From: Planctomycetota bacterium
GTDB lineage: Bacteria; Planctomycetota; UBA11346
Length of the DNA stretch: 64,000 nt
Direction: 5' to 3'
Assembly: GCA_023150565.1 (NCBI GenBank)
Contig: JAKLKR010000004.1
Span: 1-64,000, forward strand
The notes beneath the pieces were generated by a model that made no database searches, was not told where the DNA came from, and worked only from the letters and a program-made list of their open reading frames with translations. A program made the translations under genes and the position numbers. This document shows positions 54,647 to 64,000 of the stretch, piece after piece (the stretch's first letter is position 1; each line of letters begins with the position of its first letter).

Positions 54647-57023
54647 GGGAGCCTTCCAGGATTTGGATCAGGCCATCCCGCTCCAAGGCGTGGCGGACAA
54701 GCAGGTCGGCCGCGCGACCGATCTGCACATCGGCCAAGGCGTGACGACTCCCCAGGTGGCGGTCGATGGCCGGCAGACCAGCCCGGGCAGCGGCCATTTT
54801 TGCGACCTGATCGACCGCACGGGGTGGAAGCTCGGCAAAGGCCAGGCGGAGATGCGGCAGCGCCGCGACGAAGTGCTGCTCGTCCAGGAGCCGGAGGGTC
54901 TGATGGACGGCATCGATGATGGCAGGCTCACTCCAGCAGGCCGAGCGGGCAGCGCGCAGGACGCCCCGCAGAAAGCGACCCCCGACCGACGGGTCAGTCG
55001 TCGCCGCGCCGAGGTGGCCCGCCAGCTGGGCACCCAGGGCGGCGCCATCGGCCAAGCCATCATCGTACAGCAAGCCCCAGGCGGTTCCGGCCACCGCTGG
55101 ATTGGCGCCCTGCCGGATGTCCACCAGCCGTTCACGGCGTAGCGTCGGGCAGGTCGGTTCAGTCAACTCGTCGGTGAGGATCGACCACGAGAGCAGATCC
55201 TGGCAGGCGTCGTCCTCCGCTTCCGGGGGAGCCTTGGCGAGATCGGTGATGAGGTAGGCCGCCCGGGTCCAGGCTGCCAGCACACCCGCCTCGATCTCGG
55301 GCATGCCGTGGGCTTCCAGGGGCTCCCGGCCGGTGACCAGCAGGTGGAGGCTGTTGGCCGCTCCGATGACGCTGGAGACATCACCGTCGGTGGCGATCAG
55401 CTTCTCCACCCGGGGCAGCAGGACGCGCGCCTGGGCATGCAGGCCGCAGCGGCAGGCCTCGACGACCAGCCGTGCAGCTCGGTCTGCGCGCCGCTCGCCG
55501 TTCTCGGCAGCCTCCGCCAGTTCCAGGAGGCGGGCCGTGGCGGCTTCGACGATCGTGGCGCCGTACCGGGACTGCTCGACCAGCCGGGCTTCGACGCCGG
55601 GGTGCCACTGGTAGCGCCATATCTCGCGGACCCGATGCAGATCACCGCCCGTGGTGAAGTCTGGACCGGCCTCCTTGCGGGCGAACGGGACTTCCAGGAG
55701 CAGGATGCGGTGCAGGAAACGGCTCGACTCGCGATGGGCGGCTGAACGGTAGAGATCGAGATCCAGGCCCTGCTCCTCGACGCCCACCTTGAATCGCAGG
55801 GCCGCCGTCTGCCGTTCGAAGTCGAGCACCAGGGGAGGCCGACCGACTGCCTGGGGGACGATGCCGACCCGGTCGCCGGCCAGGATCTTGCGCACCTGGG
55901 CGAGGACCGCGACGCCTTCGATGTCACGGGCACCCTTGATGAAGCAACTGGTCACCGCATCCAGGAGGTCATGGCGGGTGGGATGGTCGTGCCCCCGGAA
56001 GGCCGCCAGCCGGTGGAGCTGGGCCACGGCCGCCGCGGCATCGGCTACTGATGGAGACCCGGTGTGGCCGCGCAGGTCCCGCGCGATGGAGACCATGAGG
56101 TCGTCGATCAGCTGGTTGTCCCACCGCCACTGCCAGAAGGCGGGCGAAGGCATGCCGCTGGCGTAGCCATTCAGGCGATCCAGCTGCAGGAAATCGTACC
56201 GCATCATCCAGGTCCCGGCGTCCTCCTCGCGGGCGACGGTCACCGGCTTGGGCATGGCGGGAACGGTCTGCGGCAACGCCACCGTGTGGAATCCACCGGT
56301 GATCACCACCACCTGACCGCTGACCTCGGCCAGCACCCGCTCGATCTCCGCCCGCATGCCGGCTTCACGGACCAGGTTCCCCTCGGCGATGACCTCCTCC
56401 GGCGTATGCGCCAGGCGGCAGGCGGTGCACCAGGCCAGGACGCCATGGAAGAAGTCCTCGGTGGAGCGTTGTCGGCCGTCGGTCTCGAACCAGCCATCCC
56501 ACAGGTCGTCGGGATCGCGCGCCCCAGCCCGTCGGCACGCTTGCACAAGCCACGATCCCTGCCGGAGCGACGTCTCCCGCTGCAGGCTGCGGGGACGATC
56601 AGCATCCGCCGCCGTCTGTTTGCTCAGGCGTTCGGTATGGACCATCTCCGGCCAGGTGAGATCGATGAACCGGACCTGGGCGCCAACGGCGTGCCCGGCC
56701 TGGACCGCCACCAGTTCAGGCGAGTACGCGCAGAGCGGATAATAGGCGGCGGCCCGACGCGGTGGCCCGTCGCCGCTCCGATCAGTGTAGGTGGTGAAGA
56801 CCGCGACAGGAGGCGACATGGCTGGATCGACCAGATGCCGCAGTAACGGAGTCGCGTCACGGGGGCCCTCGATGAGAACCGCGGATGGACGCAGCCGACG
56901 GATGACGGCGTCGGCATGGTGGGCGCAGGCCGGGCTGTGGTGCCTGATGGGCAGCCACACGATGCGCTGCGTCAGGTCCGGTCGCGGTGCCGCCCGCAGG
57001 ATGTCTGCGGCATCCAGGGTCAC
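54639..57023 (-). CDS. Large DUF5682-like protein (YehM-like).
   Basis: A 794-aa conserved hypothetical in the canonical position between the MoxR ATPase and the VWA gene. Confidence 0.5.
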   Translation of the reverse strand: MTLDAADILRAAPRPDLTQRIVWLPIRHHSPACAHHADAVIRRLRPSAVLIEGPRDATPLLRHLVDPAMSPPVAVFTTYTDRSGDGPPRRAAAYYPLCAYSPELVAVQAGHAVGAQVRFIDLTWPEMVHTERLSKQTAADADRPRSLQRETSLRQGSWLVQACRRAGARDPDDLWDGWFETDGRQRSTEDFFHGVLAWCTACRLAHTPEEVIAEGNLVREAGMRAEIERVLAEVSGQVVVITGGFHTVALPQTVPAMPKPVTVAREEDAGTWMMRYDFLQLDRLNGYASGMPSPAFWQWRWDNQLIDDLMVSIARDLRGHTGSPSVADAAAAVAQLHRLAAFRGHDHPTRHDLLDAVTSCFIKGARDIEGVAVLAQVRKILAGDRVGIVPQAVGRPPLVLDFERQTAALRFKVGVEEQGLDLDLYRSAAHRESSRFLHRILLLEVPFARKEAGPDFTTGGDLHRVREIWRYQWHPGVEARLVEQSRYGATIVEAATARLLELAEAAENGERRADRAARLVVEACRCGLHAQARVLLPRVEKLIATDGDVSSVIGAANSLHLLVTGREPLEAHGMPEIEAGVLAAWTRAAYLITDLAKAPPEAEDDACQDLLSWSILTDELTEPTCPTLRRERLVDIRQGANPAVAGTAWGLLYDDGLADGAALGAQLAGHLGAATTDPSVGGRFLRGVLRAARSACWSEPAIIDAVHQTLRLLDEQHFVAALPHLRLAFAELPPRAVDQVAKMAAARAGLPAIDRHLGSRHALADVQIGRAADLLVRHALERDGLIQILEGSHA

Positions 57024-58189
57024 GCAGGCTTGCCCTGGAACCGTCCCAGTGCCGCCGTCGCCGACTTGTGGAATTCAGCCCAGGTGCCGGCGCACTCCTT
57101 GGCGCGACGCGCCGTGACGGCCCCGAGATACTGCCGGAGCTTCTGGATGTCGTCGCTGCTGTCCTTGAGGACGGCTCCCGGGAGGTGGCGGCCGACATCG
57201 TCGGCGGTGAGCTTCTTGTCGCCGTAGTACCAGGCATCAAGGCTGGCGGCGAAGCCCACCGAGACGGCTTCGGCGGTCGACATCACGGCGGCCGGCTTCT
57301 CGACCGAGATGCCTTCCGGCGTGCTCCCGGTACGCAGATCCTGGAAGGCCGTCACCAGCAGTTCGACGATGTCGCGGTTGACCTTGGCCGGGGCGGCAGC
57401 ACCAGCGAGCAGGCGCTCGACCTCGTTGTGCACCAGTTCGACCTCATCGGCGAGGTTGGCGATCGGATGCACCGTCTCGAAGTTGAAGCGGCGCTTGAGC
57501 GCGCTCGACATCTCATGGACGCCGCGATCGCGCAGGTTGGCCGTGGCGATGACGTTGAAGCCGGGCTTGGCGAACAGCACCCGCTGATCGCCAGGCAACT
57601 CGGGGATCGTCATCATCTTTTCGGACAGGATGCTCACCAGGGTGTCCTGCACCTCCGGGGCGCAGCGGGTGACCTCCTCGAAGCGGACCAGAGACCCGGC
57701 GGTCATGGCGGTGTAGATCGGTGACGGGACGAGGGCGCGTGGCGTCGGCCCTTCGGCCAGCAGCAGGGCGTAGTTCCACGAGTAGCGGATCTGGTCCTCA
57801 GTGGTGGCGGCCGTGCCCTGGACCACGTTGAGCGACGTTCCGGAGATGGCGGCGCCGAGGAGTTCGGACAGCAGGCTCTTGGCCGTACCCGGCTCGCCCA
57901 CGAGCAGCAGCGCCCGGTTGCCGGCCAGCCCGATCACCGACCGTTCGACCAGCCGGTCATCGCCGTGGTATTTCCGGGAGATGGCGACCTTCCCCTTCTT
58001 GCCGTCCTTGGTGAAGGCCAGCTTCTCGCCATCGCTGCCCGTGATGAATGTGACGACCTGCCGCGGGCTGAGGTGCCAGCCGGCCGGGCGCGCGTCATCG
58101 CCCATGGCCGTGAGGGCGGCCAGTTCCTCGCCATACAGCACTTCCGCCGGTTGGCGCAGGATGGGAGCGGCGGTCGGGGCGGTGGTCAT
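57020..58189 (-). CDS. MoxR-like AAA+ ATPase (AAA_5, YehL-like).
   Basis: Walker A LLLVGEPGTAKS, Walker B/sensor regions. AAGGAT SD before ATG 58189. The ORF-track 5' extension to 58912 is a Gly/Arg-rich artefact. Confidence 0.8.
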   Translation of the reverse strand: MTTAPTAAPILRQPAEVLYGEELAALTAMGDDARPAGWHLSPRQVVTFITGSDGEKLAFTKDGKKGKVAISRKYHGDDRLVERSVIGLAGNRALLLVGEPGTAKSLLSELLGAAISGTSLNVVQGTAATTEDQIRYSWNYALLLAEGPTPRALVPSPIYTAMTAGSLVRFEEVTRCAPEVQDTLVSILSEKMMTIPELPGDQRVLFAKPGFNVIATANLRDRGVHEMSSALKRRFNFETVHPIANLADEVELVHNEVERLLAGAAAPAKVNRDIVELLVTAFQDLRTGSTPEGISVEKPAAVMSTAEAVSVGFAASLDAWYYGDKKLTADDVGRHLPGAVLKDSSDDIQKLRQYLGAVTARRAKECAGTWAEFHKSATAALGRFQGKPA

Positions 58190-58203
58190 CGGGATATCCT
58201 TGG

Positions 58204-61200
58204 TCACGTGGAAGCCTTCTTCTCCCAGTCGGGATCGAATCCCGTGCCCTGGGCTGCGATCTCGTGGACATCGTTCCAGCATTCGCTCAGCAGCGCCGCC
58301 GAGACCTCGGCGAGGGGACAGGCGGCAGCCTCTCCACCCGGGACGGTACGCTCGCAGGAAAGCCCGATCAGCGCTGTGGTGCGGTTCTCCTCCGGCAGGG
58401 AGTTGCCGGTGAACTCCAGCACCGCGGTCAGATGCGCAGCGGGGAAATGCTTGCGATAGACGTGGAACCAGCCGCCGTCCTCGGGCTGGCCGCGGGTCCA
58501 GCCCAGCTTGGTGGCGCGGGCGCGCAGGCTGAACGCCGCTACCAGATACCCGGTCCGGTCGGCGATCACCTGCTCTTCGGCCAGTTCCGCCGGCAGCGCC
58601 AGGGGAGGACGCTCGACCTGCGGGAAGAGCGGTTCGACCTCGTAGTCCGCGCAGTGGCTCCGCCAGCGGGCTGCGGCCTCGATGCCGATCAGGATGGGAT
58701 GTGCGACGGCGACCCAGGCCCCATCCGGCAGGACCACCGCTGCATCCTCCGCGTCCGTCAGGGTGCCATCCTCCAAGGCCCGGAAGGTCCCCGGCTTGGC
58801 CTCCGGCGCCGCCCACCAGGCCCAGACCACCCGCCGGCACAGCCGGCCGACGATGGGATGCGCCAGGAGGAAGGCGCGCCAGTCGGTGGCTTTCCAGCGC
58901 CGCCCGGTGCACATGGCCTCGTACAGGCGGTCGGCCTGCTGTTTCACGATAGTCTTGACCTGCTTCTTCGCCTCGCTGAACGCCTTCTTCGCGGTGGCGG
59001 CGGCCTCGGCGTCATCCCCTGCCCGCGGCGCCGGCAGGGTGGCGAGTTGGGCGCCGGCGGCATCCTGGACCGCCAGATCGAGATCGTCCTGGAGCAGGAC
59101 CGTGAAACTGCGCGCGCCGAAGGACAGGGTGAGCCTCCCCTCCTCGTCAAAGCCCGCCGCCGGGATGGTGCGGTCGGCCAGCTCATCGACGCTCCATCCG
59201 CGCTCGGCGGCAATCGTCTGTACGCAGACCTCGGCCTCCTTGCGGATGCCCGCGGTGCGGAACCGGGTGGCGGTGGCGAGCAGCACCTGGATGGCGGTCG
59301 AGTGGTCGGTCGCGGCCAGCATCTGGACCAGGGCCTTGCACTGCCCCGCACGCATGCCGTACCAGCGCTTGAGGTACTGGGCGGCCTGGGGGGCCAGGCC
59401 GGCCCCACCCATGGCTGCCGCCACTGCCAAGATGCCTTTGGCGCCGATCTGCGTGCTTACCGGGGTCTGCCGGTACTGGTCGACCATCCGATCATACCAC
59501 TCCTGGGCGGTCAGCACCGGAACGCCACCCAGGGCGGTCGTCTGCTGGGCCTGGATCGACGCCATCATCTGGGCGTTGGACATGATCGCCGCACTCTGGG
59601 CGCGCACATGGTCGGCGACCTGTTCCGGCGTCGGCAGGCGGGTGTCCTCGGCGATCCAGGCCTGGAGGAGGTGTTCGCCCAGACGATGGGCGGCGGCTGG
59701 TTCCAGCACAGCGGCATAGCGGCGCAGCAAGGGGGTTGGCGCCGGGTCCTTGAGCTTCCAGGACTGCACCAGCCACCAGGTGAGCACTTCCCGCTCCAGC
59801 AAGCCGCTGCCGTCGGACCAGGCGGGCAAGGGCAGGCCAGGGAGGGGCAGCCAGGCTAGGTCGGCCGGAACACCTTTGGCCAACCCCTTGGCCGCGGCTT
59901 TGGCCAGGCCGGGCCGGTCGAGGAAACGGTCAATCGGCACCCCGAGCCGTTCGAGCGCCGTCATCATGGCCGCCTTGGCCGGCTCCGAACGCTCCCCCTG
60001 CACCGCCGCCTCCAAGGCGGGGATGGAGGCTGGGTCCTTGAGCGATGCCAACCAATCGGCGGCGCGCAGCCGCACATCCTGTTTGCTGTCCTCCAGACCA
60101 GCGATCACCCGTTGCAGCATCCCGGGAATGCGACCGACAGCACGCTGAGCCGGACCACGCCGGGCACCATTGCCGCCGAAGGCCAGGTCCCACAGCAATG
60201 GCTGGAGGGACGCCGGGATCTCCGGGAAGCGCTCGACCAGGGCGAGGGCGTTGGCGGCACGCCGGTTCTCGAAGATGTCGTGATCCAGGGCCGGGGCTTC
60301 GCCCTGGCCCAGTGCTCCGGCGATCACCTCCGGATGTTCAGCATACCACTCCCAGAGGTCGTCGAGAGGCCAACGGAGTCCGAAATAGGAGCCCATGACC
60401 TCCCAGGCGATGTCGGCTGCGGGGATCCCTACCCGTTCGGCAGCGGCCAGGACGCGCCGGGTGCCGGTGGTGGTCCGGGTCGCCTTGCGGTAGCAGGGCA
60501 GGATGTTCTGCACCCACAGGCAGATCCCCCGGCTGTCATCCTGGTGACCACGCGGGGTGAACAGGACGGCCAGTCGGACGACCAGTTCCGGCGAAGCCCC
60601 CGGATCGGCCATCAGGGTCTGGATGACCGGCCGCAGGGCATTCCAGATCTGGTGAGTGCCTTGAGCCCGGTTCCAGGACTGGATGTCCTCGGCGGTGATG
60701 CCGGGGGCGGTCAGCAGCGTCATGAGCCGCTCCACATCGTCGGTGGTGAACGGCGTCGGCAGGGGAGGGATCGGCATCTGGAAGCGGGGATTGGATGCCT
60801 GATGAACCCGGATTCGACGCTCCTCCATCTCCCACCAGGACATCAAATGCTTCGACCAGGCCTCGGCCATCTGGGCGATGGCGGCCTGGCCGGCCGGCCC
60901 GAGCGGGCGGATGCCGGGATCCTCGATGGGAGGGAGCGCCTGGGCCTGCCCCTGAGCCCCCGCCACGGCCTGGGCCTGGAGGTCAGAGATGGTCTTGCGC
61001 ACGGATGGGACAGTTTCAGCCGCCAACCGTTCGGCCAGGAAGGGGGCAGGGTCCTCCGACGACCGCCGGGCGATGAAGCTGATGGCCAGGGACCGTTCGG
61101 TGGTGGATCCGGTCAACGCGTACGCATGAAGCAGGGGAAGGATTCCAGCCAGGGAGGTGCCCACCCAGGTTTCCGCCGCTTCGCGCAACCGTTTGGCATC

Positions 61201-62007
61201 ACCGACCAGGAACGCAGCGAGGGTGGAGGCGAAGGGCGTCGGATCGCACCCCTGCGTTTTGAGGAAATCTAGGCGCATCACCTGCGCCTTGCTGTCGCCC
61301 TGCGTCAGCTGGCTGCGCACCAGGTCCGGATGCCGAGCGACCGCCGCGGGCAAGCCGGGGATGACCCCGAGGAGACGGCCGGGGCCGAAGCGGTAGGAGG
61401 CGGTTTTCCCCTGGAGCGGGATGGACAGGGCTGCCAGCAGGACTGCTGTCCGGGAGGCCCCATCAAGGGTCAGCATCTCTTCCCAGCGGGCATGATCGAT
61501 GGAGGTCCCATCCATCGAGCTCCAGGAGTTCGGCCGTACCGAGGACGCCTCCCACAGCAGGACTTCCACCCACGGCGGCAGGCCAAGCGATTGCAGGAGC
61601 AGGGTCCGGGAGCCTGCGCGCGATGCCGCTTCGCACACCTGCCCCAGCCGACGAGTCTGGGCGGGGGATGGATGCGTCGCCGCCAGCCAATCAGCCCACG
61701 GATGGCTCATGAATCGGCTTGCTCCCGAGGCCACCAGCTTGAGCGCGGCGCCTCCCCCGGCGTTGGCCGCGAGATCGGCGATGACATCCGCATCCAGGCC
61801 GGCCACCACATAGCGGGTCGACCGGCGACCCAGATCCGGGGCGATCCGGTCCAGCGGTTCGAAGGCCGCAGCCAGTCGTTCCACTGCCGGCTGATCGAGT
61901 CCCCCGGGGGCAGCAGAGGATGATCCTGCCTGCACCAAGTCAGAAATCCACGATCCCATAGGGTCCCCCCGGTCACTCCACCCTAGGGAGGCGGTCCTGT
62001 CCGCCAA
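58204..62007 (-). CDS. DUF4132 (MolR/YehI-like) large protein.
   Basis: A 1267-aa protein with HEAT-like segments and a C-terminal DUF4132-like region. First gene of the operon. The start may be at Met 61959. Confidence 0.5.
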   Translation of the reverse strand: MADRTASLGWSDRGDPMGSWISDLVQAGSSSAAPGGLDQPAVERLAAAFEPLDRIAPDLGRRSTRYVVAGLDADVIADLAANAGGGAALKLVASGASRFMSHPWADWLAATHPSPAQTRRLGQVCEAASRAGSRTLLLQSLGLPPWVEVLLWEASSVRPNSWSSMDGTSIDHARWEEMLTLDGASRTAVLLAALSIPLQGKTASYRFGPGRLLGVIPGLPAAVARHPDLVRSQLTQGDSKAQVMRLDFLKTQGCDPTPFASTLAAFLVGDAKRLREAAETWVGTSLAGILPLLHAYALTGSTTERSLAISFIARRSSEDPAPFLAERLAAETVPSVRKTISDLQAQAVAGAQGQAQALPPIEDPGIRPLGPAGQAAIAQMAEAWSKHLMSWWEMEERRIRVHQASNPRFQMPIPPLPTPFTTDDVERLMTLLTAPGITAEDIQSWNRAQGTHQIWNALRPVIQTLMADPGASPELVVRLAVLFTPRGHQDDSRGICLWVQNILPCYRKATRTTTGTRRVLAAAERVGIPAADIAWEVMGSYFGLRWPLDDLWEWYAEHPEVIAGALGQGEAPALDHDIFENRRAANALALVERFPEIPASLQPLLWDLAFGGNGARRGPAQRAVGRIPGMLQRVIAGLEDSKQDVRLRAADWLASLKDPASIPALEAAVQGERSEPAKAAMMTALERLGVPIDRFLDRPGLAKAAAKGLAKGVPADLAWLPLPGLPLPAWSDGSGLLEREVLTWWLVQSWKLKDPAPTPLLRRYAAVLEPAAAHRLGEHLLQAWIAEDTRLPTPEQVADHVRAQSAAIMSNAQMMASIQAQQTTALGGVPVLTAQEWYDRMVDQYRQTPVSTQIGAKGILAVAAAMGGAGLAPQAAQYLKRWYGMRAGQCKALVQMLAATDHSTAIQVLLATATRFRTAGIRKEAEVCVQTIAAERGWSVDELADRTIPAAGFDEEGRLTLSFGARSFTVLLQDDLDLAVQDAAGAQLATLPAPRAGDDAEAAATAKKAFSEAKKQVKTIVKQQADRLYEAMCTGRRWKATDWRAFLLAHPIVGRLCRRVVWAWWAAPEAKPGTFRALEDGTLTDAEDAAVVLPDGAWVAVAHPILIGIEAAARWRSHCADYEVEPLFPQVERPPLALPAELAEEQVIADRTGYLVAAFSLRARATKLGWTRGQPEDGGWFHVYRKHFPAAHLTAVLEFTGNSLPEENRTTALIGLSCERTVPGGEAAACPLAEVSAALLSECWNDVHEIAAQGTGFDPDWEKKAST

Positions 62008-62314
62008 TCCCGTTGCCGCTGTCCGTGCAGGTGGATCCGCGGGCTGCCATAAGCCGGGCCGCTATCCTGGTGGTTGCGGCGGATGCGTTCGGCCACCGGG
62101 CGGTCCCGACCACGGCTATCCGGCGCTGCCGTTTGAGGCTAGCTGGCCAGGCGTCCGGGTCCACGGTGGGTCCAGATAGACGCTTCGGATACAGCACACC
62201 CACGCAACTAATTGGCGCGCAAGGCATAAGAACACCGTTGCACGAATGACGCCGCACGATACACACATATATCGACATTATTCCACAACGTATAACACAA
62301 AAGCCATACAAATA

Positions 62315-63454
62315 ATGATAGAAGACACACATTCTCAGCGGCCAGCACGCCTCTGGACCACCGTCTGCGCCATTGTCGAGGGGGCCCTTCAGCGCGATCA
62401 GAGTCGGGTCCTAGCTCAGGCCGAACATCTTGCTGGCATGCTCCGCACGACTGGTGACCCCGGTACCGCCAAGCGCCTAGATCAGATCCTGAAGCGCTGG
62501 GGCGCATCGACACTGGCTCCATCGGGCATTGGGATTGCACAGCCATCTCTGCCCGTCGACACCGAGTCGCGCTTGGCCTTGGCGGACGAATATCCCCCGA
62601 TGACCGACGCTGAGGTCATCCTCAGCCCCGAACACGACGCGGCGATCGCGAATTTCATCACCTATTACCAGGCGAGCGATCGCCTCGAGGCTGCCGGCGT
62701 CGGCCAGACGCCGGCCATCCTCCTGCACGGCCCACCGGGCTGCGGCAAGACCGTGCTCGGTCACACTATCGCTGGACGACTGGGACTGCCCCTGCTCGTC
62801 GCCCGCATCGACAGCATGGTATCCTCCTACCTCGGCGCGACAGCGAAGAACATGCGCCTCCTCTTCGAGCATGCCCAATCGAAACCATGCGTGCTCTTTC
62901 TCGATGAATTCGACGCCATCGCGAAGATTCGCGACGACAACCACGAACTCGGCGAACTGAAGCGGGTCGTGGTCAGCCTGTTGCAGAACATCGACAGCCT
63001 CGGGCGCCAGACCGTACTTGTTGCGGCCACCAACCACGAGCACCTGCTCGACCGGGCCATCTGGCGCCGCTTCACGCTGCACCTGCACTTGGAGTTGCCT
63101 GATGAACGGCTTCGTCGGCATCTTCTCGAGCGATTTGTCCGCGGCTACGCCGCCAGCGACGAAATCGACCTTTATGCCCGATTGACCGAAGGCTTGAGCG
63201 GCGCGGTCATCCGCACCTGCGCCGAGGACGGGGTGCGCGCGGCGATCGTTGCCAACGCGACCGCCATCCCCTGGGCGGACATGATCCGTCGGATCTTGGC
63301 CATCCGGCAGATCCCCCTGGGCGATGGCCGCAACGTCGATGACCTACGTCGCATTCGCGAACTCGATCCAAGATTCTTCACGCAGAAGCGGCTTGCCGAA
63401 CTTCATGATTTCAGCGTCAGTTACGTCCAGAAGATCCTGACCCGCCGGAGATAA
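62315..63454 (+). CDS. AAA+ ATPase of the Vps4/Msp1/katanin-like (AxxRRF) clade, with an N-terminal substrate-binding-like domain.
   Basis: Walker A ILLHGPPGCGKT, Walker B VLFLDEFDAI, sensor-1 ATNHEH, and DRAIWRRF. AT-rich promoter-like DNA at 62200..62330. I chose Met MIEDTHS at 62315. Confidence 0.75.
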   Translation: MIEDTHSQRPARLWTTVCAIVEGALQRDQSRVLAQAEHLAGMLRTTGDPGTAKRLDQILKRWGASTLAPSGIGIAQPSLPVDTESRLALADEYPPMTDAEVILSPEHDAAIANFITYYQASDRLEAAGVGQTPAILLHGPPGCGKTVLGHTIAGRLGLPLLVARIDSMVSSYLGATAKNMRLLFEHAQSKPCVLFLDEFDAIAKIRDDNHELGELKRVVVSLLQNIDSLGRQTVLVAATNHEHLLDRAIWRRFTLHLHLELPDERLRRHLLERFVRGYAASDEIDLYARLTEGLSGAVIRTCAEDGVRAAIVANATAIPWADMIRRILAIRQIPLGDGRNVDDLRRIRELDPRFFTQKRLAELHDFSVSYVQKILTRRR

Positions 63455-63456
63455 TC

Positions 63457-64000
63457 ATGCCACAGCACGACACCCCCAGCGAACCGCACCTACCCGTGAC
63501 GCGCATCCGGCCATTGGATACCGACATCATCCGGGTCGATCGAGACATCGTGCGCGAACCGCCACCGCCATTGCGATCCGATCTCGACGCCTGGCGCAAC
63601 ACCCTGGTCGCTCGCTTCGACGACATGGTCGGTGCCGTCCGTCAACGCGATTCCAGCTTTCCCGGCGTTCCGTCTGTGGCCCGCATCCGTCTGACCAAGA
63701 TGGCCAAGAGCTACCGGCCGGTCACGGGCAACCCGCATGCATTCTTCTCTCGGCGTCGTTGCCCGATGATCGGAGCCGAGTCCGGCCACCACATGCTCGT
63801 GATGGCCCAGGCGCAGGGGCTTGACGAAGTCCGTGCCCGCGTGGCTGCTACAGGGGATGCCTGGTCCGACTTCTACGTCAGCAACATCGAGGATGCCCAT
63901 CTCAGTGATGCCATGCATCTCTGCCCACGCTCCAGTCTCGATGCCGTTGTCGCCGCATGGGAGTCGCCACACATCCCACTGCAGATCCGTCTGTTCGATT
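63457..64000 (+). CDS. Hypothetical protein, translationally coupled to the AAA+ ATPase. Partial: the 3' end runs off the window.
   Basis: Open frame from ATG 63457, 2 nt after the upstream stop, to the window end with no stop (MPQHDTPSEPHLPVTRIRPLDTDIIRVDRDIVREPPPP...). Not in the ORF track because it is truncated. Confidence 0.5.
   Translation, partial: MPQHDTPSEPHLPVTRIRPLDTDIIRVDRDIVREPPPPLRSDLDAWRNTLVARFDDMVGAVRQRDSSFPGVPSVARIRLTKMAKSYRPVTGNPHAFFSRRRCPMIGAESGHHMLVMAQAQGLDEVRARVAATGDAWSDFYVSNIEDAHLSDAMHLCPRSSLDAVVAAWESPHIPLQIRLFD

Noticed and set aside
58264-61923. Plus-strand ORFs of 531, 345, 386 and 197 aa.
   Set aside because: Antisense to the DUF4132 gene. Low-complexity.
1-64000. 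A search for CRISPR arrays, rRNA and tRNA genes.
   Set aside because: No regularly spaced direct repeats, no rRNA-like conserved stretches and no convincing cloverleaf candidates were seen by eye in the intergenic regions. A tRNAscan or Infernal run would be needed to exclude small RNAs.

Overview
The window is high-GC (about 68-70%) bacterial chromosomal DNA with a Gram-negative-like secretion locus, densely coded, with clear lower-GC patches at mobile or polymorphic segments. Both window ends fall inside genes.

From start to end, the main content is:
- a partial secreted kexin-like S8 protease, divergent from an XRE regulator
- a TPR / LMW-phosphatase-like / AAA_21 ATPase operon
- a lipoprotein alpha/beta hydrolase
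- an M28 peptidase plus TPR-like protein pair
- a flotillin (SPFH) gene with a terminator hairpin
- an IS1634-family element whose transposase is split by a nested IS1595-family element, with 8-bp TSD and 24/25 IRs visible in the sequence
- an RHS/YD-repeat polymorphic toxin with a low-GC C-terminal tip and an overlapping LRR-like putative immunity gene
- a near-complete type II secretion / pseudopilus system in two divergent operons (gspD-H-I-J-K-?-L-M on the minus strand, gspE-F-G plus a tetraheme cytochrome c on the plus strand), separated by a secreted esterase and a TPR lipoprotein
- an IS66 element (tnpA/B/C), an IS3-like orfAB with an A8 slippery run, and an IS481-family transposase
- a DUF1963-like protein followed by a HEAT-repeat protein
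- an SRAP (YedK-like) gene next to dnaE2
- a yehI/yehLMPQ-like operon (DUF4132, MoxR AAA_5, DUF5682-like, VWA, SWIM)
- an AT-rich-fronted AAA+ ATPase with a partner gene cut off by the window end

The candidates most worth a second look are:
- the IS-flanked T2SS-RHS toxin/immunity module, including the apparent frameshift separating a Sec-signal N-terminal ORF from the RHS body
- the tetraheme cytochrome inside the gsp operon
- the LMW-phosphatase/AAA_21 pair
- the AAA+ two-gene cassette at the 3' edge
- the MoxR-VWA-SWIM operon abutting dnaE2

No CRISPR array, rRNA or convincing tRNA was found by eye.

A caveat on coordinates: where a gene start differs from the ORF track, I chose it by hand from the first methionine (or GTG) followed by a signal peptide or domain start, so those starts are plus or minus a few codons.
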